A stretch of DNA of 63,850 bases, filler included, from Conidiobolus incongruus B7586 (taxonomy: Eukaryota), in the NCBI GenBank assembly GCA_000697335.1. It is 7 parts of 7 records of this genome, joined end to end, with 100 filler letters (N's around TTAATTAATTAA, not from the genome) between each part and the next. Parts side by side here need not be neighbours in the genome. Positions count along the whole stretch, not along the records: positions 22,104 to 31,880 come from JNEM01006247.1; positions 31,981 to 38,763 come from JNEM01006249.1; positions 38,864 to 45,554 come from JNEM01006251.1; 4 more parts are not named here. One strand, 5' to 3'. The position numbers were made by a program, and so were the translations under genes. Shown here piece by piece: positions 26,053-39,810 of this stretch (position 1 is the first letter of the stretch; each line of letters starts with the position of its first letter). Under the pieces are notes generated by a model that did no database searches, was not told where the DNA came from, and worked only from the letters and a program-made list of their open reading frames with translations.

Positions 26053-28452
26053 ATTATCAAAAATAAACCAATATAAAGACCAAAAACAAAATGCAATTAA
26101 ATTTTAAAATAAATCAAAGAGCAAATCTCGCACAAGATTATTTATACCAGATTTAATAAGCAATACCCAATTTCCAATTTTGATTTCAATATTATTAGGT
26201 ATTAAACTACCGAAGTAAGATAAAATTACTAAAAATACTAGTAAATGCTACCAAATACAAGAAGATAAGATGATATGACACGGAAAATGCCAACACTAAC
26301 CAAGATAGAAATCGCACTGAACTAATAAAAGTCAAAAGTACAGTATAATTTCATAGGAAAATGAAATAGGTACTCCAATAGCTTTTATACTTAAATTTTT
26401 CTAAGTGTTCATTGGTTCTTTCTCTTTCTAAAATAGTTTTTACAATCTTAATTTACTCAATTCTTCCCATTTTTCAATCATCACCAAGTTTTTTAATAAT
26501 TTAACCAATCAAACACCTTTATTTTTTATTGGTATTTTACTAATGTTAGGATTTTGGCCAATCATCGCCAAATATTTCTATTTGATTGTTTCTAAATCAA
26601 TGTCAACATCCCTTATGTTACCTTTCTAACATTTAACTTATAAATCTGAAGCATAGTAGTATGATTACTAACAAGATGAAAAAAAAATAACAAAATTCAG
26701 CAATATTTACATTTAATCTAATACAATCCTTCCTTATTTGACCAATTTCATTAATTTAAAGCTCCTCAGTGGAAATTTAATCCAGATTATTTTTATTATT
26801 AATTGATCATTACAATCGTTTAATCATACTGATTTACCCAATCTCTATTGATTTAGATTTTATATTGAATTTAGTTTATTCAAAATTTAATTTAGAATTA
26901 TATTTATATTAATTGATATATAAATAATATAGTGAATATATTATTTAACTGAATAAAAAATTAAGAAAAAATAATTTAATATCTATTAAATGCTGTTAAA
27001 TTTATCTTGTATTTGAATATTTAATGCGAATAAATAAAATAATATTATAATATATTGTATTTTATAGATAAAGATGATCCAATATTAGTTAAAATTAGTT
27101 CGTTATTGCCATTATAATTCTACATATTTAAGCATTTACATTATTCTATCATTCGAATTTGTAACAATTGCACATGAATTAGATAGTTAAAATGATATTT
27201 ATTAATTTAAAAAACTGATATTTGTATTGTATTCAAAATATAATTTTTATTACACTAAGTAACTAAAAGTGATGAATATGAAAAATTTCATTAGAAATAT
27301 AAAAAACAGAGTGTATAAGTAGTGTTTTCAAGTTCATTCACATTTGAGTGATATTTTGATAATATAAAGTTATATATATCAAAAAGTTTGAATCATCTAG
27401 TTATAATTCAATCGGATATTATAATATTTAAAATCTTACAAAGTTATATAATAATCAATATAAAGAATTATTTTTTTTTTCAAATTAAATATATATTCAA
27501 TAAAATCAAATATATAAAAGTTTAATTTTTTAATTTAATTAATTACACAATTAGTTAATGTTGTATAATGTTAAATATTAAAACTTAATATATTACAACT
27601 ATTTTTTCAAATTAGTTTATCATATTCAATTCTATTGATATGAACTTGCATATGAATTATAATATATTCTAATTTCGAGTAATTAAAAATCCTATATAAA
27701 TTCTGAAATATAATGATATTATATTTAGTAATATATTATTTAAACCAATCCAAATACTATTGAATATTATATTAAACATGGCAAATTTTATTCTATTCAA
27801 TCTTTTTGTTACCAATTCCTCAAATAAAATTCCCAATCAATAAAAATTTTTTATGAATGACCTAATAATGCTATCATAAAACGTTACAAATAAATATATA
27901 CAATTAATCCTATTTATCCAAAATGTTATTAAGAATGTAATATATTTTAAACGGGTGGTAACTTTGGTGACAAGTTATGGATTTTTTATAATTGAAAAGT
28001 GTGAATATGATTGAATTGTAAAGAATATGATTTTTTCCACTTAAGAACATAATTTATTGATATGATGAAATTATTTAATTAAAAAAATTTTGAAACATTA
28101 ATTCTATAATTAAATCTAAAAAATAGTATTACAAAAATTATTGCATTTTATAATCTAACAAGTAACAATTGGAAAATGTTAATTTAGAAATAAGTATTGA
28201 ATAAATATCAAAATGTATAATGATTAATTATTTTCAATATAATAAAACGAAAAATTAATAAATTTCAACAAATTATATTATGATTATTTTTCGAAATTTG
28301 GAGATATATTGTTTTACTAATTTATTCCAACAATGATTAATATAAAATATATAGCTAAAATAGTTCATGCTTTCAAATGAAATAGGTTTAAAAAAATAAG
28401 AGTTAATACAAATTTTATCATAATGACTATAGGAATATTAATAGAAATAAAC

Positions 28453-29364
28453 TTATCTTCTTGGTCTGAAGCTATCACCATTTTCTTTGATGTAGTGTTT
28501 GACTCCTTTAGGTTTCTTTCCAGTAACTTTTTCATATTCGTCAGTAGTTTCCTCAAACTCATTGTTCTTGGCAATTTCAAAGATATCCAAGATCATTTGA
28601 ACGTGGATCTTGTCCAAATTCTGATCTCCTAATAAATCTTTCATCTTGTCACGAGAGATATCATCGTATTCTACCTTTTCATCTATGGCTTCACTGATGC
28701 ATTCGGCAATTTGATTACCATCATAAGGCTTGTCACCAGTGAGTTGGACGGTGTAGTGATGGGTATTAACCTCTTTATGACCACCGTATTTAACCAAAGC
28801 ACAAGCTACAAAATAAGACACTTCGCACATAGAAATGGGTGCAACTTTACCATCACCAAGACTCAATTGGAGTTTACCCTCATCCCTAACAGATCTGGAA
28901 ACAAAGATTAAGTTATCAATCAAAAACCCTGCTTGGACAATGGCACCCTTGAGCTTCAAATTCTCATAAACTTTTTCCAATTTAACAAACTGTCTCAAAG
29001 GACTATTTTCATCCGCCTTGTCAGCACGCCATTGCGAAATCATTTTTACACAATCGACTCTAGCCTCATTCGCATAGTTTAACATCTGCTCAGCCATTGA
29101 AAATCCCTTCTCACGGCAATGAGGGATAACCACTGCTGCATTAGCCTTCTTCAAACACTCCTTCACATTACTGATATCGTCTTCCTCGTACTCTACCACT
29201 TCTGCACCCAATTCTTCTAGTTTGTCTCTTGCAGAAGAGTCCAAAATCCCTGCGCCGACACATTCCACATTATCCTTCAATTCATCGCATTTGAGAAGAC
29301 TTTTGACGATGCCATAACCAAAGGGTTCATCGGCAGCAAATACGAATATCTTTAATTTAGTCAT
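28453..29364 (-). CDS. NmrA-like atypical SDR / NAD(P)-binding Rossmann-fold protein
   Basis: Intronless 303 aa. LEELGAEVV, GFLIDN, GDGKVAPIS, LTGDKPYDGNQIAECIS and TDEYEKVTGKKP match NmrA-family sequence patterns. Confidence 0.8.
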   Translation of the reverse strand: MTKLKIFVFAADEPFGYGIVKSLLKCDELKDNVECVGAGILDSSARDKLEELGAEVVEYEEDDISNVKECLKKANAAVVIPHCREKGFSMAEQMLNYANEARVDCVKMISQWRADKADENSPLRQFVKLEKVYENLKLKGAIVQAGFLIDNLIFVSRSVRDEGKLQLSLGDGKVAPISMCEVSYFVACALVKYGGHKEVNTHHYTVQLTGDKPYDGNQIAECISEAIDEKVEYDDISRDKMKDLLGDQNLDKIHVQMILDIFEIAKNNEFEETTDEYEKVTGKKPKGVKHYIKENGDSFRPRR

Positions 29365-29829
29365 TTTCGCTACTATTAATTTAATTACACAATATATTAT
29401 TATATTGATTTACAATATATCGGGTTTTTAAATTCCTAACACTGTCAATAATATAATTAACTAATTATTTGTTTTGATAAAAATCAATGGTTTAAAGGGT
29501 AATAAATATAGTGATAAATAGTGATCCTTTAAAGTTTAAAATATTTAAGTCAATTCAATATTTTAATAATAATAAATTTAATTGGATATAGTTAGATAAA
29601 TATTAATCATATGTTGACGATATGCTAATTTTTAACTTTAAATATATACTAATTAAAATATTTAATTGATTAATTTAGATGATATTATTATAGTGATATT
29701 ATTTATCCAAATAAATAGTATAATTTGTTTAATTTATTAAAATTAAATATAGGTGATATTGATAAATATCACTTTATCAAATATTTTTAATTACAATATG
29801 TTGGTAAAAATTGATTTGAAGTTATTAAA

Positions 29830-30200
29830 TACTATCAATTAATTCCAGATTCATACTCTTCAGTCACCTCTCCCTCACTCCTTATACACCTATATTGATT
29901 GCACTGATAGACACTGATATTATCACAGAAAACTCTCCATCAGCCTATTGTGAATCTGTTTCAAAGTAATCTTAATATTCTCCTTTACGTACCTATTAAT
30001 TGCTAAAATATTTTCACTTTTTATTTGTTATCATGGCTGTCTTCTCTCAATCTGGGAGCAGTTCGATCCTCATCCCTATACACGGTCACAATGTAAAAGG
30101 CCCTACTCGAGCAGCAATCAAATATATCCAAGATTAATCCGTGTTTAGGTTTTGATATAGTTTCTTGGGATGAGATTTCGTAATTCAATCGATAGAGGGT
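29830..30200 (-). mobile_element. IS630/Tc1-type transposase N-terminal (HTH) fragment, pseudogenised
   Basis: Frameshifted pieces SRAFYIVTVYRDEDRTAPRLRED, RYVKENIKITLKQIHNRLMESF and ISVSISAI resemble the paired-HTH region of IS630-Tc1 transposases (recognition from memory). Confidence 0.5.
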
Positions 30201-31128
30201 CAGTGGATGTGTTGTGTTTATTAATATATTGCATTATACAAAACCATAAAAATATGATATTAATTAATAAAAGATATATGAAAGTTGATATGATTTATAA
30301 GTAGATTGAAACTGTGAAAAAGATTTAATTAATCAAAACATTTATTTTTTTCATTATAAAATTACTGATTACAAAATTTCCATTATATCTGAACCTCCCT
30401 ATCAATATTTACTGGAGCTCTAGATAAACTATTATTCGCAGCAAAGATGCTTGGATATTATTTTACAATAATATTTGATTTCAAAAAATATAGAACTAAT
30501 AACGCTATCATTATTCTTAGTCAAATTTGAATAATTTTGACTAAGTTTTTGTTTCCAAACTTAACAATAAATTGGAATTTCATTAAGCAATTGTAGACGT
30601 TGGGATAGAGCTGGAAAAGTTAGTACTATATGTACCCCAGATGGCTTGAGGCTTTATTTAATTTCTAATATCAAAAAAATTATCATCTATAAGTAATTAC
30701 CATATGATAGAAAAATATATCTTTAAATAATCATTCAAAATAATAAAAAATCTAAAAAATAGATTAAAAATTATATATTATAACTCTCTAAATATAAAGC
30801 CATTTAAGATATTGGATCAAGGCTTAATTACAAGTAGTATGGCTTTTGAGACTTATTGAAGTGAGTATATAAGGGAATTTTATTGGAACATTTTGTTTCT
30901 TAAAATGACAAATTTTGCTATTATAAATGTAAAATTTTTGAAAATATATCAAACAATAAAAATTAAAGTTTAGAAATTTTTAATTTAAAATCAAAAAGTA
31001 TAATTTAATAAAGTCACTTAGCATTAACTTTCTTATAATGCAAAAATCATTACATAATATAAAACAACAAATTATATTTTATATTCAAGTTATAAGAAAA
31101 TTAATTATAGTTCAATCAAAATACATAG

Positions 31129-31880
31129 TATTAGTGTAAATAATAAATAATGGCAAATTTCTAAAATTAAAATTAAATAAATATATTAATAAATAATTTA
31201 TGAAAATAAATAAGAAATATAAAATTAATATTTTTTTTCATTATTAATAGGTTTTTTCCATATTTTTGGCAAGCTCCTAATATTTAAAAAATAATTTTTT
31301 ATTAGTGACTGGAATTTAATATTTTATGAATAATTTTAATTTATTTCGAGGAATATTTTTCTTATAAACATATTCTTTAATTTCCCAAAATAATTATAAT
31401 TACATAGGCTATAACTTGGTGAATATATTAAATTTGATTACTTTTTCCAGATTTTTATATAAAAAACTTTTTAAATGTTTATATCAATATTTTTTATAAC
31501 TATAATATAAAATTATAAGTATTTTAAATTTTAATAAAAACACCAATTAGAAATTATTTTATTTAAAAAAGATTATTTTAGTTTAATTTAATTTTTTATT
31601 TAGTATTAGGCAAAAAATTATATAAAAATATAAGATTTATTAATTGTAATGATTTATTATAAAAACCCCTCCTATTGATAAAATTTTAATTAATTTATTT
31701 AACTATAATTATTTTGTTTTTTTAAGCATTTATTTAATTATAAGGTATTTGATTTTATTTTTATTAATATATCTAACTTTAAACTTTATTATATAAAATA
31801 TGCTTATAAAATCAAAATTATATTGCTTAGATAATTTTTTATTAAAATCAAAAGGGTGTTTTTCAATATATTTATTTATT
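31129..31880 (-). mobile_element. Mariner relic with internal deletion, right TIR present, cut by gap
   Basis: TIR tattagtgtaaataataaataatggcaaattt at 31129; collinear with the reverse complement of 17100-17546. Confidence 0.85.
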
Positions 31881-31980
31881 NNNNNNNNNNNNNNNNNNNN
31901 NNNNNNNNNNNNNNNNNNNNNNNNTTAATTAATTAANNNNNNNNNNNNNNNNNNNNNNNNNNNNNNNNNNNNNNNNNNNN

Positions 31981-33010
31981 TCCTTATTGGGATTGGACTA
32001 GAGACTCTCAAGCTCCTGAAAGAAGTCCAATCTTTGCCTTGAATAATATGGGTCCAAATGGTGGAGGAGGGAATGGTGGATGTATTGATCAAGGTACTTT
32101 TTCCGGATGGAGAGTACAAAGTGCAAATAATGGATGTGTCAGAAGATTCTTTTCAAATGGTAGAACCATTCCATCATGGACAGCTCCTGAGATTTTGGAT
32201 AACTATTTGAATCAACAGCAAAGTTATGATAGGTTTAGACAAAGGATCGAAGGAACTGGTCATGCTTTAGTCCATGTTGGGATTGGTGGTAACAATGGTG
32301 ATATGAGCTTCATGTATTCAACCAACGATCCCATCTTTTGGCTTCATCATGCATTTATCGATTTGATTTGGTATGAATGGCAACAGCGAAATCCTAATAG
32401 AGCTAATGACTATCCTACCAATCCAGATACTGCTAGATTAGCCACTTGGAATATCCCTGTTTCAACTACATTTAATACACAGAGTTCAGAATATTGTTAT
32501 GTATATCCGAGATGGAATGTTAACGCTCCCTTTGTCAATCCTACTTCTATTCCAACCACTATTACAGCAACTACTACTGTAACCACTACTCCTACAGCAA
32601 CTGCTACCATTACTAGCGCGACTACTACCATATCATCTACCACAATAACTCGATCAACCACTGCGACGACTACAAGAACTACTACTACTAGAACAACCAC
32701 TATAGCTCTTAGCCCAACACCTACCAACTGCCCAAGCGGCCTTCTCGGAATTATTTTCGGATGTCGCCGTAATCGTCGTGCTCTCGATATTGCTTTGCTG
32801 ATTCCACAAGTTGCCCAATTTCCTGGATTCGTTGGCCCCAACGACCGTAGTACCAGAGGTAAGGTCCGTGTACCAGCTCAGGTACCCACATCATTCCTTC
32901 AAATGAATGGGATTGATATAACCACTGCTATGAATGATTATCTTGAATCAGCAATTATCGCTTGCAAACTTAATTTATTATCTAACTTTAAACCTTTGGT
33001 CGATATATAA
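31981..33010 (+). CDS. Tyrosinase (type-3 copper protein), 5' end lost in gap
   Basis: PYWDWTRDSQAPE, CuB HALVH...STNDPIFWLHHAFID, Thr-rich linker, C-terminal domain. Confidence 0.9.
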
Positions 33011-34891
33011 ACTTTATCTCTCCTGATCATCAGTGAATAATATTAAAAAATATAAATACAATATTTTGATTTATTTATTAGTTTATTATAATAAAGATAT
33101 AATAACTATAATTTATTTTTTATTATTTATTTTATAATTAAAAAAAAAATTTTTAAATATTATTTGAAAATATTTATAGTCTAATTTATGATAAATATAT
33201 ATTTTTTAATATATAAATTTAAGTTTATCTATTTTAATTATATTGGATTGTATCATATTTATTATTAATAAATTAAAGATTACAATTTGAAAAATATTCA
33301 ATTTATGAAAATATTACAATAATTACTAAATTTGTTAGTAGATATTTTTGTGTTGTGTTTTATCATAAGATTTATAAATAAAGATGGTTGTTTGACAAGT
33401 ACAGGTAGTATAATTTAGTAAATTATTTATTAATCTTGTATGTCTTAAAGCTTACTTACTCTTGAGACATTGTAGCAAAATATCTAGAAAAAATAGAATC
33501 CTCTTTCTATTCTTTTCAATTCTGGATTTAAATAATTTATTCAGTGAGGGGCATAGGATTTGGATAAATTCTAATAAAAACACTAAACAGCATCATTTTA
33601 TTATGGATCAACAAATCCATTATAAATGGGAGGTAATATGCACTCAACTATTGAATCAAGACCAATGGGTATTTTCAAAATACAATAATTGTACAGATTT
33701 AATTACAAATTATCTAATCAAGAAACTTGAAAATCATCATTTTTCAATCAGTCAAATATCATCATTGAATCAATATTAATCGGCATTGATAAATAATTAT
33801 ATTATGTTATTTATTGTGATATAATCTTTTTAAATTGAAAAATAAATTAATTTGATTTTAAAATTATATCTTTTAATTATTTCTAATCATTTTCTTCATT
33901 CTCTATTATAATCTTTATTAAATTATATACTCAGTTTGAGATTTTAAAGAATAATATCAATCAAATTCTATTTCTTTTATTAAATATCTATTTATTATAC
34001 CAATAATTTATATAAATTTTTTATATTACTTTCTTAATTCATCTATTGATTACTATTAATATTGAAATCCTGAAAATATATTATTTATCATAATTGGAAA
34101 AAAATGAAATAATAATCATTAATTTTTTTGTAATTTTTGTAAATTGTTAATTAAAAATAATATGAATAAAATATAATTTAATTTTGATATTCAATTAAAT
34201 TTAATTAATAAATTTTATTAGTCATATATTATTATAATTATTAGAATTCAACTTAAGTAACTTTCTTTAGTCAAGAATACTAAATAATTTAAATATATTA
34301 ATGATTAAATAAGTTGTATAGTTTCACTTTGAATCACTTAAATTCATTATTCAATTCAATATATAAATTTTATTTTTGTAATATATCTAATGAAAAAGTA
34401 TTAAAAAAAGTTTTCAAAGTTTATAAATTGAGATTATTAGGTTTCCATTATTTACCTCTAATATAAGAGTCCAAAGCGAAATAATAGTTTAAGAATATAC
34501 TAATTGAGTAAAAACTATTAATGATCCAAGTAAAATATTAGCGATTTTTGTAATAATTGTAATTAAAAATTACCAATTTATTTTAAATTTTTTTATTTAA
34601 TTATAAGATTTTATTCTTATTATTATAAATTTTATTAAAATCAAAAATTTATATATAATATATATTATAATTAAACTATTAAAAATACTTTAATAATATT
34701 TGTTATAAAATATTCCAAGAAATAAAGAAATATTTTTTATTCAAAAAAAATAAACTGATAAAATATTATTATATTATTGATTTAAATCTATATAGGTATA
34801 TAATAAAGTAAAATTGAATTACATATCTTTTATTACAAAATAAATAAATGCTTACAATATTAATTAAATTAAGGAATATGAGTGAGTATAT

Positions 34892-36220
34892 TTACACACT
34901 CACTATAGGCTTGAAATCGGGTAACAAATTCAATTTGCATGCAATGATTGCAGATTCCAAGTAATCGTTCTGAGCAGTAGCAATGTCAATGCCATTCATT
35001 TGCAAGAAGGATTCGGGCACTTGTGCTGGAACACGGACCTTACCAACTGTAGTACGATCATCGGGACCGACGTATCCTGGGAAGTTCACAATCTGAGGGA
35101 TTAGGCTGAAAATGTCGAGTGCTCGACGACTGCGGCGACATCCAAGAATAATTCCTAAGAAACCTTCTGGGCAGCTGGTTGGTGTTGGAGTAGGTGCACC
35201 GTCAATTGTTGTTGTGGTCCTTGTTGTAGTAGGTGACGGAATTGGTGATTGAGCCACAGTTGTTGTAGTCGGCTGTGAGGTTGGAGATGAATTGGCTGCA
35301 GTAGTAGTTGTTGAAGTTGCCATTGGGGCAGTGGTTGTTGGGGGAGTATTTGGATCCACAGGAGGAGCATTAACAGTCCATCTCGGATATACATAACAAT
35401 ATTCTGAACTCTGTGTATTAAATGTAGTTGAAACTGGAATTCCCCAAGTAGCCAATCTGGTGGTAGATGGATTAGTAGGATAGTCATTGGCTCTGCTAGG
35501 GTTACGTTGTTGCCATTCATACCAAATCAAATCGATAAATGCATGATGAAGCCAAAAGATGGGATCGTTGGTTGAATACATGAAGCTCATATCACCATTG
35601 TTACCACCAATCCCAACATGGACTAAAGCATGACCAGTTCCTTCGATCCTTTGTCTAAACCTATCATAACTTTGCTGTTGATTCAAATAGTTATCCAAAA
35701 TCTCAGGAGCTGTCCATGATGGAATGGTTCTACCATTTGAAAAGAATCTTCTGACACATCCATTATTTGCACTTTGTACTCTCCATCCGGAAAAAGTACC
35801 TTGATCAATACATCCACCATTCCCTCCTCCACCATTTGGACCCATATTATTCAAGGCAAAGATTGGACTTCTTTCAGGAGCTTGAGAGTCTCTAGTCCAG
35901 TCCCAATAAGGAAGCATGATAGATGGATCAATTGCTTGTAGTGCTTTTTCAAATTCTCTAATGAATTTTCTGTGCCATACGAAGAAACCTGGAGAACCGT
36001 GAGCACCATTTCCAACAACACTATGAGTAGCTGTGAAATTAGCATATAAGTTATTTCCTTGTTGACTATTTAGTATTTTGATAGCATTGTGGAAACGATC
36101 CTTTTCTGCTTGAGTTAAGCTGAGATAATTTGGACGGGTACGAATACCACCAGGGCAGCCAGACTGAGCGATAGCAGAGGTAATGAAAGAAGTAACGAAT
36201 AAAGACACAATAAATTTCAT
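34892..36220 (-). CDS. Secreted tyrosinase (type-3 copper protein), 442 aa, intronless
   Basis: Signal peptide, CuA HSVVGNGAHGSPGFFVWHR, PYWDW, CuB HALVH...DPIFWLHH. Confidence 0.95.
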   Translation of the reverse strand: MKFIVSLFVTSFITSAIAQSGCPGGIRTRPNYLSLTQAEKDRFHNAIKILNSQQGNNLYANFTATHSVVGNGAHGSPGFFVWHRKFIREFEKALQAIDPSIMLPYWDWTRDSQAPERSPIFALNNMGPNGGGGNGGCIDQGTFSGWRVQSANNGCVRRFFSNGRTIPSWTAPEILDNYLNQQQSYDRFRQRIEGTGHALVHVGIGGNNGDMSFMYSTNDPIFWLHHAFIDLIWYEWQQRNPSRANDYPTNPSTTRLATWGIPVSTTFNTQSSEYCYVYPRWTVNAPPVDPNTPPTTTAPMATSTTTTAANSSPTSQPTTTTVAQSPIPSPTTTRTTTTIDGAPTPTPTSCPEGFLGIILGCRRSRRALDIFSLIPQIVNFPGYVGPDDRTTVGKVRVPAQVPESFLQMNGIDIATAQNDYLESAIIACKLNLLPDFKPIVSV

Positions 36221-37558
36221 ATTTGCAATTAAATATTAATTTCAAATATTTGCTAAAAAAACTTGAAAATGAATTAAATATTAAATTAAATAATTCTATA
36301 ATTAAAGCTTGAATTGATTTACTTCATTTTTATATTCCTGTGAACACCATGATTATTAGTAAAAATTGTTCCAAATATGTTTTGGGGGATTTCGAAAATT
36401 AACACAAGCAATACACTTATATCATCTTTTCGGAATTAGACCAATCAGTTTGGTTGAAACTTGGGCTTAACTTATTCCTGACACATTCATTATGCTTGAT
36501 TATGCAAAATCTTTTACTGGATTTGAATTTATGTGTCTCCTTAATTGTTTCTCAAACTCCAACATCGAAATAATTTCACTCAAATTGTCATTAATTTCTA
36601 GATTTAGGGGCTCAAATAAAGTTGGATATATATTTTTTTACTGCTAAATACTATTATAGTGAATAAATTGTTGATCACTTTTATATGACCATGGTAAAAT
36701 AGGAGGTAGGAGGATAACATAATAATATTATCACTCTACTATATACAAAAATTGTAATAATTGGATTCTTATAAGTTGAATTTACTTTAAATATTAATGT
36801 AAATTGAAAATTTAGTTGTTTTTTCTTATCATTATTGCATAAAGGTATCTCGTTAATTGATGTTACCAATATATGTAAAATATTGTTTATTATTCACTAG
36901 TTTCACTTTATTAAATTTTTCAAATTAAATTTATTCATAATAATACAGATTAGTTATATATAAATAGATCAATTAACTTTACAGATTTGTTTTAACTTGT
37001 ATATGATAATATGAATAATTATATATTGTTAATAATATATAGAATTTATATAATTCAAATTATATGTATTAAATGATTACATTATAAAAATTAACATTCA
37101 AAAAAAAGTTAAATTTATTAACAAGCAAAATTTGAATTAGATATTACTATAATTATTGATTTTGTATTGTCAAATACACAAAATTAATATAAAATTAAAT
37201 TTATCTAAAATCTATTTAATAGATACTATTTTCTATTTATATGTATTATTAATAAATTACAATATATCACTTGATATTTATATGTGATACATAGGATTTT
37301 CAATATCTAATTGCTTTCCAAATTTTTTGAAATATTTAAAAACAGATTAAATATAAAATATTTTAATAAAAATCAATCTAGACTTAATAAAAATATTATA
37401 TTGGCATATTAAATAATGAAAAATTATATTAAACAAATATATTATATTAATTTTATAATTTCATTTTATTCCCAGATTAACTTAAAATTATTTTGACTTT
37501 ATTATCAAATTAACATCATAAAACCAGATTTTATTTGATTTAATTTATTTTAATATGA

Positions 37559-38763
37559 TATTACTTTGTAATTTAAATAATAGGAATTTTTTGTGATTGA
37601 AAAAAAATAAACATTTTAATATATAAAAAGTAAAAATAAATATATAATATAAAATTAATAATTTCTTTTATTTCTAATAACTTTTTGCTATACTTTTAAC
37701 AAAAATCTAATACTTAAAAAATAATTCTTTTTATTAAAGACTAAAATTTGATATTTTATAAATCAATTAAATTTTCCTGCAAAAATTTTTTCTTATAAGC
37801 TAGTTTTTTAATTACCTAAAACAATTATAATTACATAAGTTATAATCTAAAGAATATACTAGATTTGATAGTTTTTTCTAGTTATTTTTAATTAAAAAGT
37901 GTTTAAACCTTTAAATTTATGTATTTTGTAATTATCATGTAAAATAATAGGTATTTTTAAATTATATTAAGAATATCAATTGAAAATAACTTTATTTAAA
38001 AAAAATATAAAGTTTATTATTAATTGGTTTTCTTTTAAGAACTATATAAGAATAATATATATTATTATAATTTATTAATAAATTATTTATTTAAAGGAAT
38101 TTATAAAAGGGGTTGATTTAACTTAATTTAACACTTTGATTTATATTTTAGCAAAAGAGATTATACAAAAGAATTTAAGATTTATTAATTATAATAATTT
38201 TATATATAAGCTTTGGTTTCTAATTATACCTTAATAGGTTTTATATAATAATAGCTACTCTGACTTTTTTTAAGTTTTATTTTAATTATTGGTTACCCAT
38301 TTTATAATTTTATTAATAAATTTTAATTTAAACTTTAATAAATATAAAATACTTATGTAACTAATATTAAAATATCTTGATATTTCTTTAACTAAAATAA
38401 AAAAATATTTTTTAATATATTTTTTCACTTTATTAATAATTACCAGAATAATAGTTGAAATTAATCTTTTAAATTTTAATAGGTTTTGGATAGTTTTTCT
38501 CTCCATTTTAAAATAATTTACCTAATAAAAAATTGTAGATTTAATTAATACCTCATTATTAAAAGTTGCTTATAAATTTTAAATAATTTTAAAGGATTTG
38601 TGGTTAAGTTTTATTAATATTAAAATAAAAAACTTTTGATAGTTATTATTTAATTTAAGTATAATTAAATTATACAACTAATTATAAAAATTTAATTTTT
38701 TAATCAAAAAAATTATTATATATATATATATATATATATAATTCAAAACTATTCATTTTCCTA
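37559..38763 (-). mobile_element. Mariner (DD34D) relic, near full length, closest relative of 22104-23277
   Basis: TIR tattactttgtaatttaaataataggaatt at 37559. ORF 38282-38506 is the homolog of ORF 22347-22532. (TA)n tract at ~38717-38740. Confidence 0.9.
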
Positions 38764-39810
38764 NNNNNNNNNNNNNNNNNNNNNNNNNNNNNNNNNNNNN
38801 NNNNNNNTTAATTAATTAANNNNNNNNNNNNNNNNNNNNNNNNNNNNNNNNNNNNNNNNNNNNATATAATTAAATTTAACTTTAAAATTTATATTAAAAA
38901 ATATTTTAATAAATGATAATTATAGATAAATATATTTATAATTTAAGAATATTCTTTTATTTATATAATTTGTATATAGCTGATTTTTTAAATATAATAA
39001 TATTTTTAAAAAAGTAAATAATTAAAAATCAAAAGATTTGTTATTTTTTCTTTGTAAACTAATAATAACCATTATTAAATAAATTTCAGATATATTTTAA
39101 TAAATATATAAAATAAATTATCAATATTTTTATCAATTAAATATACCTAGCAAGTTGGAAATATATTATTTAAAATATTATATTATCTTTAATAAATATA
39201 TAATTTATTAATTGTTTTTACCAAAAATCAATATATTTTTTATAATATATGATAATTAAATATCATTATATATTTAAATTATATGTTAATATTTTTCAAA
39301 TTATAATGATAGATATTAGTTTTATAAAGTGAACAGATATACCAATAATGAGAATGCTATAAATATTAAATAACAAAATAACACTCAATTGATATATGGA
39401 ATAAATAATTACAATGTTTGCATTATTTTTTGTTATTTTCAGATTGCTAGCATTCATGGTCAGTATTATATTTAATTTAGATGATTATCAACTAAAATCT
39501 TTAATTTTAATAAAAATTTTCACTCTATTTTGAAATATTAGAATTATAACTAAAATTCTTATTGAATGAATAGTATAATTTAGTAAAGAATTTCAATTAA
39601 TGCACTTTGAAGTATTAGGCTTAGCATAAGATATATAAGTTTTATTATTTAATTATTTTGTTGAACAATATAGTTGGATGATTGATAAAAGTGTCACAAT
39701 TACTCATAAAACTTAGATTTAAGGAGAACATTGAAAGTTTACCATATAATGAGTATAAATAATTGGAATATATCTAATCAACATCACTAAAAAACTTACT
39801 CGTTATAATA

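Noticed and set aside
33462..33779. 105-aa ORF between the tyrosinases
   Set aside because: TTG start, no recognisable motif, AT-rich; cannot be supported as a gene
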